Origin: Eledone cirrhosa
Lineage: Eukaryota
Reading direction: 5' to 3'
Length of the DNA stretch: 64,000 bases
Assembly (NCBI GenBank): GCA_964016885.1
Contig: OZ024757.1
Location: forward strand, 1,178,001-1,242,000
Below the pieces are notes generated by a model that saw only the letters and a program-made list of their open reading frames with translations, had not been told where the DNA came from and made no database searches. Made by a program: the position numbers and the translations under genes. This document shows positions 37,701 to 52,700 of this stretch, one piece after another (the first letter of the stretch is position 1; the number at the start of each line of letters is the position of its first letter).

Positions 37701-40700
37701 GAGCAAGACACTTTATTTCATGTTGCTCCAGTCCACTCTGTCCTTGAGCAAGACACTTTATTTCGCATTGCTCCAGTTCACTGTGTCCTTGAGCAAGACA
37801 CTTTATTTCACATTGCTCCAGTCCACTGTGTCCTTAAGCAAGACACTTTATTTCACATTGCTCCAGTCCTCTGTGTCTCCTTGAGCAAGACACTTTATTT
37901 CATGTTGCTCCACTCCACTGTGTCCTTGAGCAAGACACTTTATTTCACATTGCTGCAGTCCACTGTGTCCTTGAGCAAGACACTTTATTTCACATTGCTC
38001 CAGTTCACTGTGTCCTTGAGCAAGACACTTTATTTCACATTGATCCAGTCCTCTGTGTCTCCTTGAGCAAGACACTTTATTTCATGTTGCTCCAGTCCAC
38101 TGTGTCCTTGAGCAAGACACTTTATTTCAGGTTGCTCCAGTCCACTGTGTCCTTGAGCAAGACACTTTATTTCACGTTGCTCCACTCCACTGTGTCCTTA
38201 AGCAAGACACTTTATTACACATTGCTCCAGTCCACTGTGTCCTTGAGCAAGACACTTTATTTCACGTTGTTCCAGTCCACTGTGTACTTGAGCAAGACAC
38301 TTTATTACAGGTTGTTCCAGTCCACTGTGTCCTTGAGCAAGACACTTTATTTCATGTTGCTCCAGTCCACTCTGTCCTTGAGCAAGACACTTTATTTCGC
38401 ATTGCTCCAGTTCACTGTGTCCTTGAGCAAGACACTTTATTTCACATTGCTCCAGTCCACTGTGTCCTTAAGCAAGAGACTTTATTTCACATTGCTCCAG
38501 ACCACTGTGTCCTTGAGCAAGACACTTTATTTCACATTGCTCCAGTCCTCTGTGTCTCCTTGAGCAAGACACTTTATTTCATGTTGCTCCACTCCACTGT
38601 GTCCTTGAGCAAGACACTTTATTTCACATTGCTCCAGTCCACTGTGTCCTTGAGCAAGACACTTTATTTCACATTGCTCCAGTTCACTGTGTCCTTGAGC
38701 AAGACACTTTATTTCACATTGATCCAGTCCTCTGTGTCTCCTTGAGCAAGACACTTTATTTCACATTGCTCCAGTTTACTGTGTCCTTAAACAAAACACT
38801 TTATTTCACATTTCTCCAATCTATTGTGTCCTTGAGCTAGACACTTTATTTCACGTTGCTCCAGTCCACTGTGTCCTTGAACAAGACACTTTATTTCAGG
38901 TTGCTCCAGTCCATTGTGTCCTTGAGCAAGACACTTTATTTCACATTGCTCCAGTCCTCTGTATCCTTGAGCAAGATACTTTCTTTCACATTGCTCCATC
39001 CAGTCCACTGTGTCCTTGAGCAAGACACTTTATTTCATGTTGCTCCAGTCCACTGTCACCTTGAGCAAGACACTTTATTTCATGTTGCTCGAGTCCACTG
39101 TGTCCTTGAGCAAGACACTTTATTTCACGTTGCTCCACTCCACTGTGTCCTTAAGCAAGACACTTTATTACACATTGCTCAGATCCACTGTGTCCTTGAG
39201 CAAGACACTTTATTTCACGTTGTTCCAGTCCACTGTGTACTTGAGCAAGACACTTTATTACAGGTTGTTCCAGTCCACTGTGTCCTTGAGCAAGACACTT
39301 TATTTCATGTTGCTCCAGTCCACTCTGTCCTTGAGCAAGACACTTTATTTCGCATTGCTCCAGTTCACTGTGTCCTTGAGCAAGACACTTTATTTCACAT
39401 TGCTCCAGTCCACTGTGTCCTTAAGCAAGACACTATATTTCACATTGCTCCAGTCCACTGTGTCCTTGAGCAAGACATTTATTTCACATTGCTCCAGTCC
39501 TCTGTGTCTCCTTGAGCAAGACACTTTATTTCATGTTGCTCCAGTCCACTGTGTCCTTGAGCAAGACACTTTATTTCATGTTGCTCCAGTCCACTGTGTC
39601 CTTGAGCAAGACACTTTCTTTCACGTTGCTCCACTCCACTGTGTACTTAAGCAAGACACTTTATTACACATTGCTCCAGTCCACTGTGTCCTTGAGCAAG
39701 ACACTTTATTTCACATTGCTCCAGTTCACTGTGTCCTTGAGCAAGACACTTTATTTCACATTGATCCAGTCCTCTGTGTCTCCTTGAGCAAGACACTTTA
39801 TTTCATGTTGCTCCAGTCCACTGTGTCCTTGAGCAAGACACTTTATTTCATCTTGCTCCAGTCCACTGTGTCCTTGAGCAAGACACTTTATTTCGCATTG
39901 CTCCAGTTCACTGTGTCCTTGAGCAAGACACTTTATTTCATGTTGCTCCAGTCCACTGTGTACTTGAGCAAGACACTTTATTACAGGTTGTTCCAGTCCA
40001 CTGTGTCCTTGAGCAAGACACTTTATTTCATGTTGCTCCAGTCCTCTGTGTCTCCTTGAGCAAGGCACTTTATTTCATGTTGCTCCAGTCCACTGTGTCC
40101 TTGAGCAAGACACTTTATTTCACATTGCTCCAGTTCTCTGTGTCCTTGAGCAAGACACTTTATTTCACATTGATCCAGTCCTTTTTTTCTCCTTGAGCAA
40201 GACACTTTATTTCATGTTGCTCCAGTCCACTGTGTCCCTGAGGAAGACACTTTATTTCATCTTGCTCCAGTCCACTGTGTCCTTGAGCAAGACACTTTAT
40301 TTCGCATTGCTCCAGTTCACTGTGTCCTTGAGCAAGACACTTTATTTCATGTTGCTCCAGTCCACTGTGTCCTTGAGCAAGACACTTTATTTCGCATTGC
40401 TCCAGTCCACTGTGTACTTGAGCAAGACACTTTATTACAGGTTGTTCCAGTCCACTGTCTCCTTGAGCAAGACACTTTATTTCATGTTGCTCGAGTCCAC
40501 TGTGTCCTTGAGCAAGACACTTTATTTCACGTTGCTCCACTCCACTGTGTCCTTAAGCAAGACACTTTATTACACATTGCTCCAGTCCACTGTGTCCTTG
40601 AGCAAGACACTTTATTTCACGTTGTTCCAGTCCACTGTGTACTTGAGCAAGACACTTTATTTCACCTTGCTCCAGTCCACTGTGTCCTTGAGCAAGACAC

Positions 40701-43700
40701 TTTATTTCGCATTGCTCCAGTTCACTGTGTCCTTGAGCAAGACACTTTATTTCATGTTGCTCCAGTCCACTGTGTCCTTGAGCAAGACACTTTATTTCGC
40801 ATTGCTCCAGTGCACTGTGTACTTGAGCAAGACACTTTATTACAGGTTGTTCCAGTCCACTGTGTCCTTGAGCAAGACACTTTATTTCATGTTGCTCCAG
40901 TCCACTCTGTCCTTGAGCAAGACACTTTATTTCGCATTGCTCCAGTTCACTGTGTCCTTGAGCAAGACACTTTATTTCACATTGCTCCAGTTTACTGTGT
41001 CCTTAAACAAAACACTTTATTTCACATTTCTCCAATCTATTGTGTCCTTGAGCTAGACACTTTATTTCACGTTGCTCCACTCCACTGTGTCCTTGAACAA
41101 GACACTTTATTTCAGGTTGCTCCAGTCCACTGTGTCCTTGAGCAGGACACTTTATTTCACATTGCTCCAGTCCACTGTGTCCTTGAGCAAGATACTTTAT
41201 TTCACATTGCTCCAGTCCACTGTGTCCTTGAGCAAGACACTTTATTTCATGTTGCTCCAGTCCACTGTCTCCTTGAGCAAGACACTTTATTTCATGTTGC
41301 TCCAGTCCACTGTGTCCTTGAGCAATACACTTTATTTCATGTTGCTCCAGTTCACTGTGTCCTTGAGCAAGACACTTTATTTCACGTTGCTCCACTCCAC
41401 TGTGTCCTTAAGCAAGACACTTTATTTCACATTGCTCCAGTCCACTGTGTCCTTAAGCAATAGACTTTATTTCACATTGCTCCAGACCACTGTGTCCTTG
41501 AGCAAGACACTTTATTTCACATTGCTCCAGTCCTCTGTGTCTCCTTGAGCAAGTCACTTTATTTCATGTTGCTCCACTCCACTGTGTCCTTGAGCAAGAC
41601 ACTTTATTTCACATTGCTCCAGTCCACTGTGTCCTTGAGCAAGACACTTTATTTCACATTGCTCCAGTTCACTGTGTCCTTGAGCAAGACACTTTATTTC
41701 ACATAGATCCAGTCCTCTGTGTCTCCTTGAGCAAGACACTTTATTTCACATTGCTCCAGTTTACTGTGTCCTTAAACAAAACACTTTATTTCACATTTCT
41801 CCAATCTATTGTGTCCTTGAGCTAGACACTTTATTTCACGTGGCTCCAGTCCACTGTGTCCTTGAACAAGACACTTTATTTCAGGTTGCTCCAGTCCATT
41901 GTGTCCCTGAGCAAGACACTTTATTTCACATTGCTCCAGTCCTCTGTGTCCTTGAGCAAGATACTTTCTTTCACATTGCTCCATCCAGTCCACTGTGTCC
42001 TTGAGCAAGACACTTTATTTCATGTTGCTCCAGTCCACTGTCTCCTTGAGCAAGACACTTTATTTCATGTTGCTCGAGTCCACTGTGTCCTTGAGCAAGA
42101 CACTTTATTTCACGTTGCTCCACTCCACTGTGTCCTTAAGCAAGACACTTTATTACACATTGCTCCAGTCCACTGTGTCCTTGAGCAAGACACTTTATTT
42201 CACGTTGTTCCAGTCCACTGTCTACTTGAGCAAGACACTTTATTACACGTTGTTCCAGTCCACTGTGTCCTTGAGCAAGACACTTTATTTCATGTTGCTC
42301 CAGTCCACTCTGTCCTTGAGCAAGACACTTTATTTCGCATTGCTCCAGTTCACTGTGTCCTTGAGCAAGACACTTTATTTCACATTGCTCCAGTCCACTG
42401 TGTCCTTAAGCAAGACACTATATTTCACATTGCTCCAGTCCACTGTGTCCTTGAGCAAGACATTTATTTCACATTGCTCCAGTCCTCTGTGTCTCCTTGA
42501 GCAAGACACTTTATTTCATGTTGCTCCAGTCCACTGTGTCCTTGAGCAAGACACTTTATTTCATGTTGCTCCAGTCCACTGTGTCCTTGAGCAAGACACT
42601 TTCTTTCACGTTGCTCCACTCCACTGTGTACTTAAGCAAGACACTTTATTACACATTGCTCCAGTCCACTGTGTCCTTGAGCAAGACACTTTATTTCACA
42701 TTGCTCCAGTTCTCTGTGTCCTTGAGCAAGACACTTTATTTCACATTGATCCAGTCCTCTGTGTCTCCTTGAGCAAGACACTTTATTTCATGTTGCTCCA
42801 GTCCACTGTGTCCTTGAGCAAGACACTTTATTTCATCTTGCTCCAGTCCACTGTGTCCTTGAGCAAGACACTTTATTTCGCATTGCTCCAGTTCACTGTG
42901 TCCTTGAGCAAGACACTTTATTTCATGTTGCTCCAGTCCACTGTGTCCTTGAGCAAGACACTTTATTTCGCATTGCTCCAGTCCACTGTGTACTTGAGCA
43001 AGACACTTTATTACAGGTTGTTCCAGTCCACTGTCTCCTTGAGCAAGACACTTTATTTCATGTTGCTCGAGTCCACTGTGTCCTTGAGCAAGACACTTTA
43101 TTTCACGTTGCTCCACTCCACTGTGTCCTTAAGCAAGACACTTTATTACACATTGCTCCAGTCCACTGTGTCCTTGAGCAAGACACTTTATTTCACGTTG
43201 TTCCAGTCCACTGTGTACTTGAGCAAGACACTTTATTACACGTTGTTCCAGTCCACTGTGTCCTTGAGCAAGACACTTTATTTCATGTTGCTCCAGTCCA
43301 CTCTGTCCTTGAGCAAGACACTTTATTTCGCATTGCTCCAGTTCACTGTGTCCTTGAGCAAGACACTTTATTTCACATTGCTCCAGTCCACTGTGTCCTT
43401 AAGCAAGACACTATATTTCACATTGCTCCAGTCCACTGTGTCCTTGAGCAAGACATTTATTTCACATTGCTCCAGTCCTCTGTGTCTCCTTGAGCAAGAC
43501 ACTTTATTTCATGTTGCTCCAGTCCACTGTGTCCTTGAGCAAGACACTTCATTTCATGTTGCTCCAGTCCACTGTGTCCTTGAGCAAGACACTTTCTTTC
43601 ACGTTGCTCCACTCCACTGTGTACTTAAGCAAGACACTTTATTACACATTGCTCCACTCCACTGTGTCCTTGAGCAAGACACTTTATTTCACATTGCTCC

Positions 43701-46700
43701 AGTTCACTGTGTCCTTGAGCAAGACACTTTATTTCACATTGATCCAGTCCTCTGTGTCTCCTTGAGCAAGACACTTTATTTCATGTTGCTCCAGTCCACT
43801 GTGTCCTTGAGCAAGACACTTTATTTCATCTTGCTCCAGTCCACTGTGTCCTTGAGCAAGACAATTTATTTCGCATTGCTCCAGTTCACTGTGTCCTTGA
43901 GCAAGACACTTTATTTCATGTTGCTCCAGTCCACTGTGTACTTGAGCAAGACACTTTATTACAGGTTGTTCCAGTCCACTGTGTCCTTGAGCAAGACACT
44001 TTATTTCATGTTGCTCCAGTACACTCTGTCCTTGAGCAAGACACTTTATTTCGCATTGCTCCAGTTCACTGTGTCCTTGAGCAAGACACTTTATTTCACA
44101 TTGCTCCAGTTTACTGTGTCCTTAAACAAAACACTTTATTTCACATTTCTCCAATCTATTGTGTCCTTGAGCTAGACACTTTATTTCACGTTGCTCCAGT
44201 CCACTGTGTCCTTGAACAAGACACTTTATTTCAGGTTGCTCCAGTCCACTGTGTCCTTGAGCAAGACACTTTATTACACATTGCTCCAGTCCACTGTGTC
44301 CTTGAGCAAGACACTTTATTTCACGTTGTTCCAGTCCACTGTGTACTTGAGCAAGACACTTTATTACAGGTTGTTCCAGTCCACTGTGTCCTTGAGCAAG
44401 ACACTTTATTTCATGTTGCTCCAGTCCACTCTGTCCTTGAGCATGACACTTTATTTCGCATTGCTCCAGTTCACTGTGTCCTTGAGCAAGACACTTTATT
44501 TCACATTGCTCCAGTCCACTGTGTCCTTAAGCAATAGACTTTATTTCACATTGCTCCAGACCACTGTGTCCTTGAGCAAGACACTTTATTTCACATTGCT
44601 CCAGTCCTCTGTGTCTCCTTGAGCAAGACACTTTATTTCATGTTGCTCCACTCCACTGTGTCCTTGAGCAAGACACTTTATTTCACATTGCTCCAGTCCA
44701 CTGTGTCCTTGAGCAAGACACTTTATTTCACATTGCTCCAGTTCACTGTGTCCTTGAGCAAGACACTTTATTTCACATAGATCCAGTCCTCTGTGTCTCC
44801 TTGAGCAAGACACTTTATTTCACATTGCTCCAGTTTACTGTGTCCTTAAACAAAACACTTTATTTCACATTTCTCCAATCTATTGTGTCCTTGAGCTAGA
44901 CACTTTATTTCACGTTGCTCCAGTCCACTGTGTCCTTGAACAAGACACTTTATTTCAGGTTGCTCCAGTCCATTGTGTCCTTGAGCAAGACACTTTATTT
45001 CACATTGCTCCAGTCCTCTGTGACCTTGAGCAAGATACTTTCTTTCACATTGCTCCATCCAGTCCACTGTGTCCTTGAGCAAGACACTTTATTTCATGTT
45101 GCTCCAGTCCACTGTCTCCTTGAGCAAGACACTTTATTTCATGTTGCTCGAGTCCACTGTGTCCTTGAGCAAGACACTTTATTTCACGTTGCTCCACTCC
45201 ACTGTGTCCTTAAGCAAGACACTTTATTACACATTGCTCCAGTCCACTGTGTCCTTGAGCAAGACACTTTATTTCACGTTGTTCCAGTCCACTGTGTACT
45301 TGAGCAAGACACTTTATTACACGTTGTTCCAGTCCACTGTGTCCTTGAGCAAGACACTTTATTTCATGTTGCTCCAGTCCACTCTGTCCTTGAGCAAGAC
45401 ACTTTATTTCGCATTGCTCCAGTTCACTGTGTCCTTGAGCAAGACACTTTATTTCACATTGCTCCAGTCCACTGTGTCCTTAAGCAAGACACTATATTTC
45501 ACATTGCTCCAGTCCACTGTGTCCTTGAGCAAGACATTTATTTCACATTGCTCCAGTCCTCTGTGTCTCCTTGAGCAAGGCACTTTATTTCATGTTGCTC
45601 CAGTCCACTGTGTCCTTGAGCAAGACACTTTATTTCATGTTGCTCCAGTCCACTGTGTCCTTGAGCAAGACACTTTATTACACATTGCTCCAGTCCACTG
45701 TGTCCTTGAGCAAGACACTTTATTTCACATTGCTCCAGTTCTCTGTGTCCTTGAGCAAGACACTTTATTTCACATTGATCCAGTCCTCTGTGTCTCCTTG
45801 AGCAAGACACTTTATTTCATGTTGCTCCAGTCCACTGTGTCCCTGAGCAAGACACTTTATTTCATGTTGCTCGAGTCCACTGTGTCCTTGAGCAAGACAC
45901 TTTATTTCGCATTGCTCCAGTTCACTGTGTCCTTGAGCAAGACACTTTATTTCATGTTGCTCCAGTCCACTGTGTCCTTGAGCAAGACACTTTATTTCGC
46001 ATTGCTCCAGTCCACTGTGTACTTGAGCAAGACACTTTATTACAGGTTGTTCCAGTCCACTGTCTCCTTGAGCAAGACACTTTATTTCATGTTGCTCGAG
46101 TCCACTGTGTCCTTGAGCAAGACACTTTATTTCACGTTGCTCCACTCCACTGTGTCCTTAAGCAAGACACTTTATTACACATTGCTCCAGTCCACTGTGT
46201 CCTTGAGCAAGACACTTTATTTCACGTTGTTCCAGTCCACTGTGTACTTGAGCAAGACACTTTATTTCATCTTGCTCCAGTCCACTGTGTCCTTGAGCAA
46301 GACACTTTATTTCGCATTGCTCCAGTTCACTGTGTCCTTGAGCAAGACACTTTATTTCATGTTGCTCCAGTCCACTGTGTCCTTAAGCAAGACACTTTAT
46401 TTCGCATTGCTCCAGTGCACTGTGTACTTGAGCAAGACACTTTATTACAGGTTGTTCCAGTCCACTGTGTCCTTGAGCAAGACACTTTATTTCATGTTGC
46501 TCCAGTCCACTCTGTCCTTGAGCAAGACACTTTATTTCGCATTGCTCCAGTTCACTGTGTCCTTGAGCAAGACACTTTATTTCACATTGCTCCAGTTTAC
46601 TGTGTCCTTAAACAAAACACTTTATTTCACATTTCTCCAATCTATTGTGTCCTTGAGCTAGACACTTTATTTCACGTTGCTCCACTCCACTGTGTCCTTG

Positions 46701-49700
46701 AACAAGACACTTTATTTCAGGTTGCTCCAGTCCACTGTGTCCTTGAGCAGGACACTTTATTTCACATTGCTCCAGTCCACTGTGTCCTTGAGCAAGATAC
46801 TTTATTTCACATTGCTCCAGTCCACTGTGTCCTTGAGCAAGACAATTTATTTCATGTTGCTCCAGTCCACTGTCTCCTTGAGCAAGACACTTTATTTCAT
46901 GTTGCTCCAGTCCACTGTGTCCTTGAGCAATACACTTTATTTCATGTTGCTCCAGTTCACTGTGTCCTTGAGCAAGACACTTTATTTCACGTTGCTCCAC
47001 TCCACTGTGTCCTTAAGCAAGACACTTTATTACACATTGCTCCAGTCCACTGTGTCCTTGAGCAAGACACTTTATTACACATTGCTCCAGTCCACTGTGT
47101 CCTTAAGCAAGACACTTTATTACACATTGCTCCAGTCCACTGTGTCCTTAAGCAAGACACTTTATTACACATTGCTCCACTCCACTGTGTCCTTGAACAA
47201 GACACTTTATTTCAGGTTGCTCCAGTCCACTGTGTCCTTGAGCAGGACACTTTATTTCACATTGCTCCAGTCCACTGTGTCCTTGAGCAAGATACTTTAT
47301 TTCACATTGCTCCAGTCCACTGTGTCCTTGAGCAAGACACTTTATTTCATCTTGCTCCAGTCCACTGTCTCCTTGAGCAAGACACTTTATTTCATGTTGC
47401 TCCAGTCCACTGTGTCCTTGAGCAATACACTTTATTTCATGTTGCTCCAGTTCACTGTGTCCTTGAGCAAGACACTTTATTTCACGTTGCTCCACTCCAC
47501 TGTGTCCTTAAGCAAGACACTTTATTACACATTGCTCCAGTCCACTGTGTCCTTGAGCAAGACACTTTATTTCACGTTGTTCCAGTCCACTGTGTACTTG
47601 AGCAAGACACTTTATTACAGGTTGTTCCAGTCCACTGTGTCCTTGAGCAAGACACTTTATTTCATGTTGCTCCAGTCCACTCTGTCCTTGAGCAAGATAC
47701 TTTATTTCACATTGCTCCAGTCCACTGTGTCCTTGAGCAAGACACTTTATTTCATGTTGCTCCAGTCCACTGTCTCCTTGAGCAAGACACTTTATTTCAT
47801 GTTGCTCCAGTCCACTGTGTCCTTGAGCAAGACACTTTATTTCACGTTGCTCCACTCCACTGTGTCCTTAAGCAAGACACTTTATTACACATTGCTCCAG
47901 TCCACTGTGTCCTTGAGCAAGACACTTTATTTCACGTTGTTCCAGTCCACTGTGTACTTGAGCAAGACACTTTATTACAGGTTGTTCCAGTCCACTGTGT
48001 CCTTGAGCAAGACACTTTATTTCATGTTGCTCCAGTCCACTCTGTCCTTGAGCAAGACACTTTATTTCGCATTACTCCAGTTCACTGTGTCCTTGAGCAA
48101 GACACTTTATTTCACATTGCTCCAGTCCACTGTGTCCTTAAGCAAGACACTTTATTTCACATTGCTCCAGTCCTCTGTGTCTCCTTGAGCAAGACACTTT
48201 ATTTCATGTTGCTCCACTCCACTGTGTCCTTGAGCAAGACACTTTATTTCACATTGCTCCAGTCCACTGTGTCCTTGAGCAAGACACTTTATTTCACATT
48301 GCTCCAGTTCACTGTGTCCTTGAGCAAGACACTTTATTTCACATTGATCCAGTCCTCTGTGTCTCCTTGAGCAAGACACTTTATTTCACATTGCTCCAGT
48401 TTACTGTGTCCTTAAACAAAACACTTTATTTCACATTTCTCCAATCTATTGTGTCCTTGAGCTAGACACTTTATTTCACGTTGCTCCAGTCCACTGTGTC
48501 CTTGAACAAGACACTTTATTTCAGGTGCTCCAGTCCACTGTGTCCTTGAGCAAGACACTTTATTTCACATTGCTCCAGTCCACTGTGTCCTTGAGCAAGA
48601 CACTTTATTTCATGTTGCTCCAGTCTACTGTGTCCTTGAGCAAGACACTTTATTTCATGTTGCTCCAGACCACTGTGTCCTTGAGCAAGACACTTTATTT
48701 CACATTGCTCCAGTCCTCTGTGTCTCCTTGAGCAAGACACTTTATTTCATGTTGCTCCACTCCACCGTGTCCTTGAGCAAGACACTTTATTTCACATTGC
48801 TCCAGTCCACTGTGTCTTGAGCAAGACACTTTATTTCACATTGCTCCAGTTCACTGTGTCCTTGAGCAAGACACTTTATTTCACATTGATCCAGTCCTCT
48901 GTGTCTCCTTGAGCAAGACACTTTATTTCATGTTGCTCCAGTCCACTGTGTCCTTGAGCAAGACACTTTCTTTCACGTTGCTCCACTCCACTGTGTCCTT
49001 AAGCAAGACACTTCATTACACATTGCTCCAGTCCACTGTGTCCTTGAGCAAGACACTTTATTTCACATTGCTCCAGTTCACTGTGTCCTTGAGCAAGACA
49101 CTTTATTTCACATTGATCCAGTCCTCTGTGTCTCCTTGAGCAAGACACTTTATTTCATGTTGTTCCAGTCCACTGTGTCCTTGAGCAAGACACTTTATTT
49201 CATCTTGCTCCAGTCCACTGTGTCCTTGAGCAAGACACTTTATTTCGCATTGCTCCAGTTCACTGTGTCCTTGAGCAAGACACTTTATTTCATGTTGCTC
49301 CAGTCCACTGTGTCCTTGAGCAAGACACTTTATTTCGCATTGCTCCAGTCCACTGTGTACTTGAGCAAGACACTTTATTACAGGTTGTTCCAGTCCACTG
49401 TGTCCTTGAGCAAGACACTTTATTTCATGTTGCTCCAGTCCACTCTGTCCTTGAGCAGGACACTTTATTTCGCATTGCTCCAGTTCACTGTGTCCTTGAG
49501 CAAGACACTTTATTTCACATTGCTCCAGTTTACTGTGTCCTTAAACAAAACACTTTATTTCACATTTCTCCAATCTATTGTGTCCTTGAGCTAGACACTT
49601 TATTTCAGGTTGCTCCAGTCCACTGTGTCCTTGAACAAGACACTTTATTTCAGGTTGCTCCAGTCCACTGTGTCCTTGAGCAAGATACTTTATTTCACAT

Positions 49701-52700
49701 TGCTCCAGTCCACTGTGTCCTTGAGCAAGACACTTTATTTCATGTTGCTCCAGTCCACTGTCTCCTTGAGCAAGATACTTTATTTCATGTTGCTCCAGTC
49801 CACTGTGTCCTTGAGCAAGACACTTTATTTCACGTTGCTCCACTCCACTGTGTCCTTAAGCAAGACACTTTATTACACATTGCTCCAGTCCACTGTGTCC
49901 TTGAGCAAGACACTTTATTTCACGTTGTTCCATTCCACTGTGTACTTGAGCAAGACACTTTATTACAGGTTGTTCCAGTCCACTGTGTCCTTGAGCAAGA
50001 CACTTTATTTCATGTTGCTCCAGTCCACTGTCTCCTTGAGCAAGACACTTTATTTCGCATTGCTCCAGTTCACTGTGTCCTTGAGCAAGACACTTTATTT
50101 CACATTGCTCCAGTCCACTGTGTCCTTAAGCAAGACACTTTATTTCACATTGCTCCAGTCCTCTGTGTCTCCTTGAGCAAGACACTTTATTTCATGTTGC
50201 TCCACTCCACTGTGTCCTTGAGCAAGACACTTTATTTCACATTGCTCCAGTCCACTGTGTCCTTGAGCAAGACACTTTATTTCACATTGCTCCAGTTCAC
50301 TGTGTCCTTGAGCAAGACACTTTATTTCACATTGATCCAGTCCTCTGTGTCTCCTTGAGCAAGACACTTTATTTCATGTTGCTCCAGTCCACTGTGTCCT
50401 TGAGCAAGACACTTTATTTCAGGTTGCTCCAGTCCACTGTGTCCTTGAGCAAGACACTTTATTTCACGTTGCTCCACTCCACTGTGTCCTTAAGCAAGAC
50501 ACTTTATTACACATTGCTCCAGTCCACTGTGTCCTTGAGCAAGACACTTTATTTCACGTTGTTCCAGTCCACTGTGTACTTGAGCAAGACACTTTATTAC
50601 AGGTTGTTCCAGTCCACTGTGTCCTTGAGCAAGACACTTTATTTCATGTTGCTCCAGTCCACTGTGTCCTTGAGCAAGACACTTTATTTCACATTGCTCC
50701 AGTTCACTGTGTCCTTGAGCAAGACACTTTATTTCACATTGATCCAGTCCTCTGTGTCTCCTTGAGCAAGACACTTTATTTCATGTTGTTCCAGTCCACT
50801 GTGTCCTTGAGCAAGACACTTTATTTCATCTTGTTCCAGTCCACTGTGTCCTTGAGCAAGACACTTTATTTCGCATTGCTCCAGTTCACTGTGTCCTTGA
50901 GCAAGACACTTTATTTCATGTTGCTCCAGTCCACTGTGTCCTTGAGCAAGACACTTTATTTCGCATTGCTCCAGTCCACTGTGTACTTGAGCAAGACACT
51001 TTATTACAGGTTGTTCCAGTCCACTGTGTCCTTGAGCAAGACACTTTATTTCATGTTGCTCCAGTCCACTCTGTCCTTGAGCAGGACACTTTATTTCGCA
51101 TTGCTCCAGTTCACTGTGTCCTTGAGCAAGACACTTTCTTTCACATTGCTCCAGTTTACTGTGTCCTTAAACAAAACACTTTATTTCACATTTCTCCAAT
51201 CTATTGTGTCCTTGAGCTAGACACTTTATTTCAGGTTGCTCCAGTCCACTGTGTCCTTGAACAAGACACTTTATTTCAGGTTGCTCCAGTCCACTGTGTC
51301 CTTGAGCAAGACACTTTATTTCACATTGCTCCAGTCCACTGTGTCCTTGAGCAAGATACTTTATTTCACATTGCTCCAGTCCACTGTGTCCTTGAGCAAG
51401 ACACTTTATTTCATGTTGCTCCAGTCCACTGTCTCCTTGAGCAAGATACTTTATTTCATGTTGCTCCAGTCCACTGTGTCCTTGAGCAAGACACTTTATT
51501 TCACGTTGCTCCACTCCACTGTGTCCTTAAGCAAGACACTTTATTACACATTGCTCCAGTCCACTGTGTCCTTGAGCAAGACACTTTATTTCACGTTGTT
51601 CCATTCCACTGTGTACTTGAGCAAGACACTTTATTACAGGTTGTTCCAGTCCACTGTGTCCTTGAGCAAGACACTTTATTTCATGTTGCTCAGGTCCACT
51701 CTGTCCTTGAGCAAGACACTTTATTTCGCATTGCTCCAGTTCACTGTGTCCTTGAGCAAGACACTTTATTTCACATTGCTCCAGTCCACTGTGTCCTTAA
51801 GCAAGACACTTTATTTCACATTGCTCCAGTCCTCTGTGTCTCCTTGAGCAAGACACTTTATTTCATGTTGCTCCACTCCACTGTGTCCTTGAGCAAGACA
51901 CTTTATTTCACATTGCTCCAGTCCACTGTGTCCTTGAGCAAGACACTTTATTTCACATTGCTCCAGTTCACTGTGTCCTTGAGCAAGACACTTTATTTCA
52001 CATTGATCCAGTCCTCTGTGTCTCCTTGAGCAAGACACTTTATTTCATGTTGCTCCAGTCCACTGTGTCCTTGAGCAAGACACTTTATTTCAGGTTGCTC
52101 CAGTCCACTGTGTCCTTGAGCAAGACACTTTATTTCACGTTGCTCCACTCCACTGTGTCCTTAAGCAAGACACTTTATTACACATTGCTCCAGTCCACTG
52201 TGTCCTTGAGCAAGACACTTTATTTCACGTTGTTCCAGTCCACTGTGTACTTGAGCAAGACACTTTATTACAGGTTGTTCCAGTCCACTGTGTCCTTGAG
52301 CAAGACACTTTATTTCATGTTGCTCCAGTCCACACTGTCCTTGAGCAAGACACTTTATTTCGCATTGCTCCAGTTCACTGTGTCCTTGAGCAAGACACTT
52401 TATTTCACATTGCTCCAGTCCACTGTGTCCTTAAGCAAGACACTTTATTTCACATTGCTCCAAACCACTGTGTCCTTGAGCAAGACACTTTATTTCACAT
52501 TGCTCCAGTCCTCTGTGTCTCCTTGAGCAAGACACTTTATTACATGTTGCTCCACTCCACTGTGTCCTTGAGCAAGACACTTTATTTCACATTGCTCCAG
52601 TCCACTGTGTCCTTGAGCAAGACACTTTATTTCACATTGCTCCAGTTCACTGTGTCCTTGAGCAAGACACTTTATTTCGCATTGCTCCAGTTCACTGTGT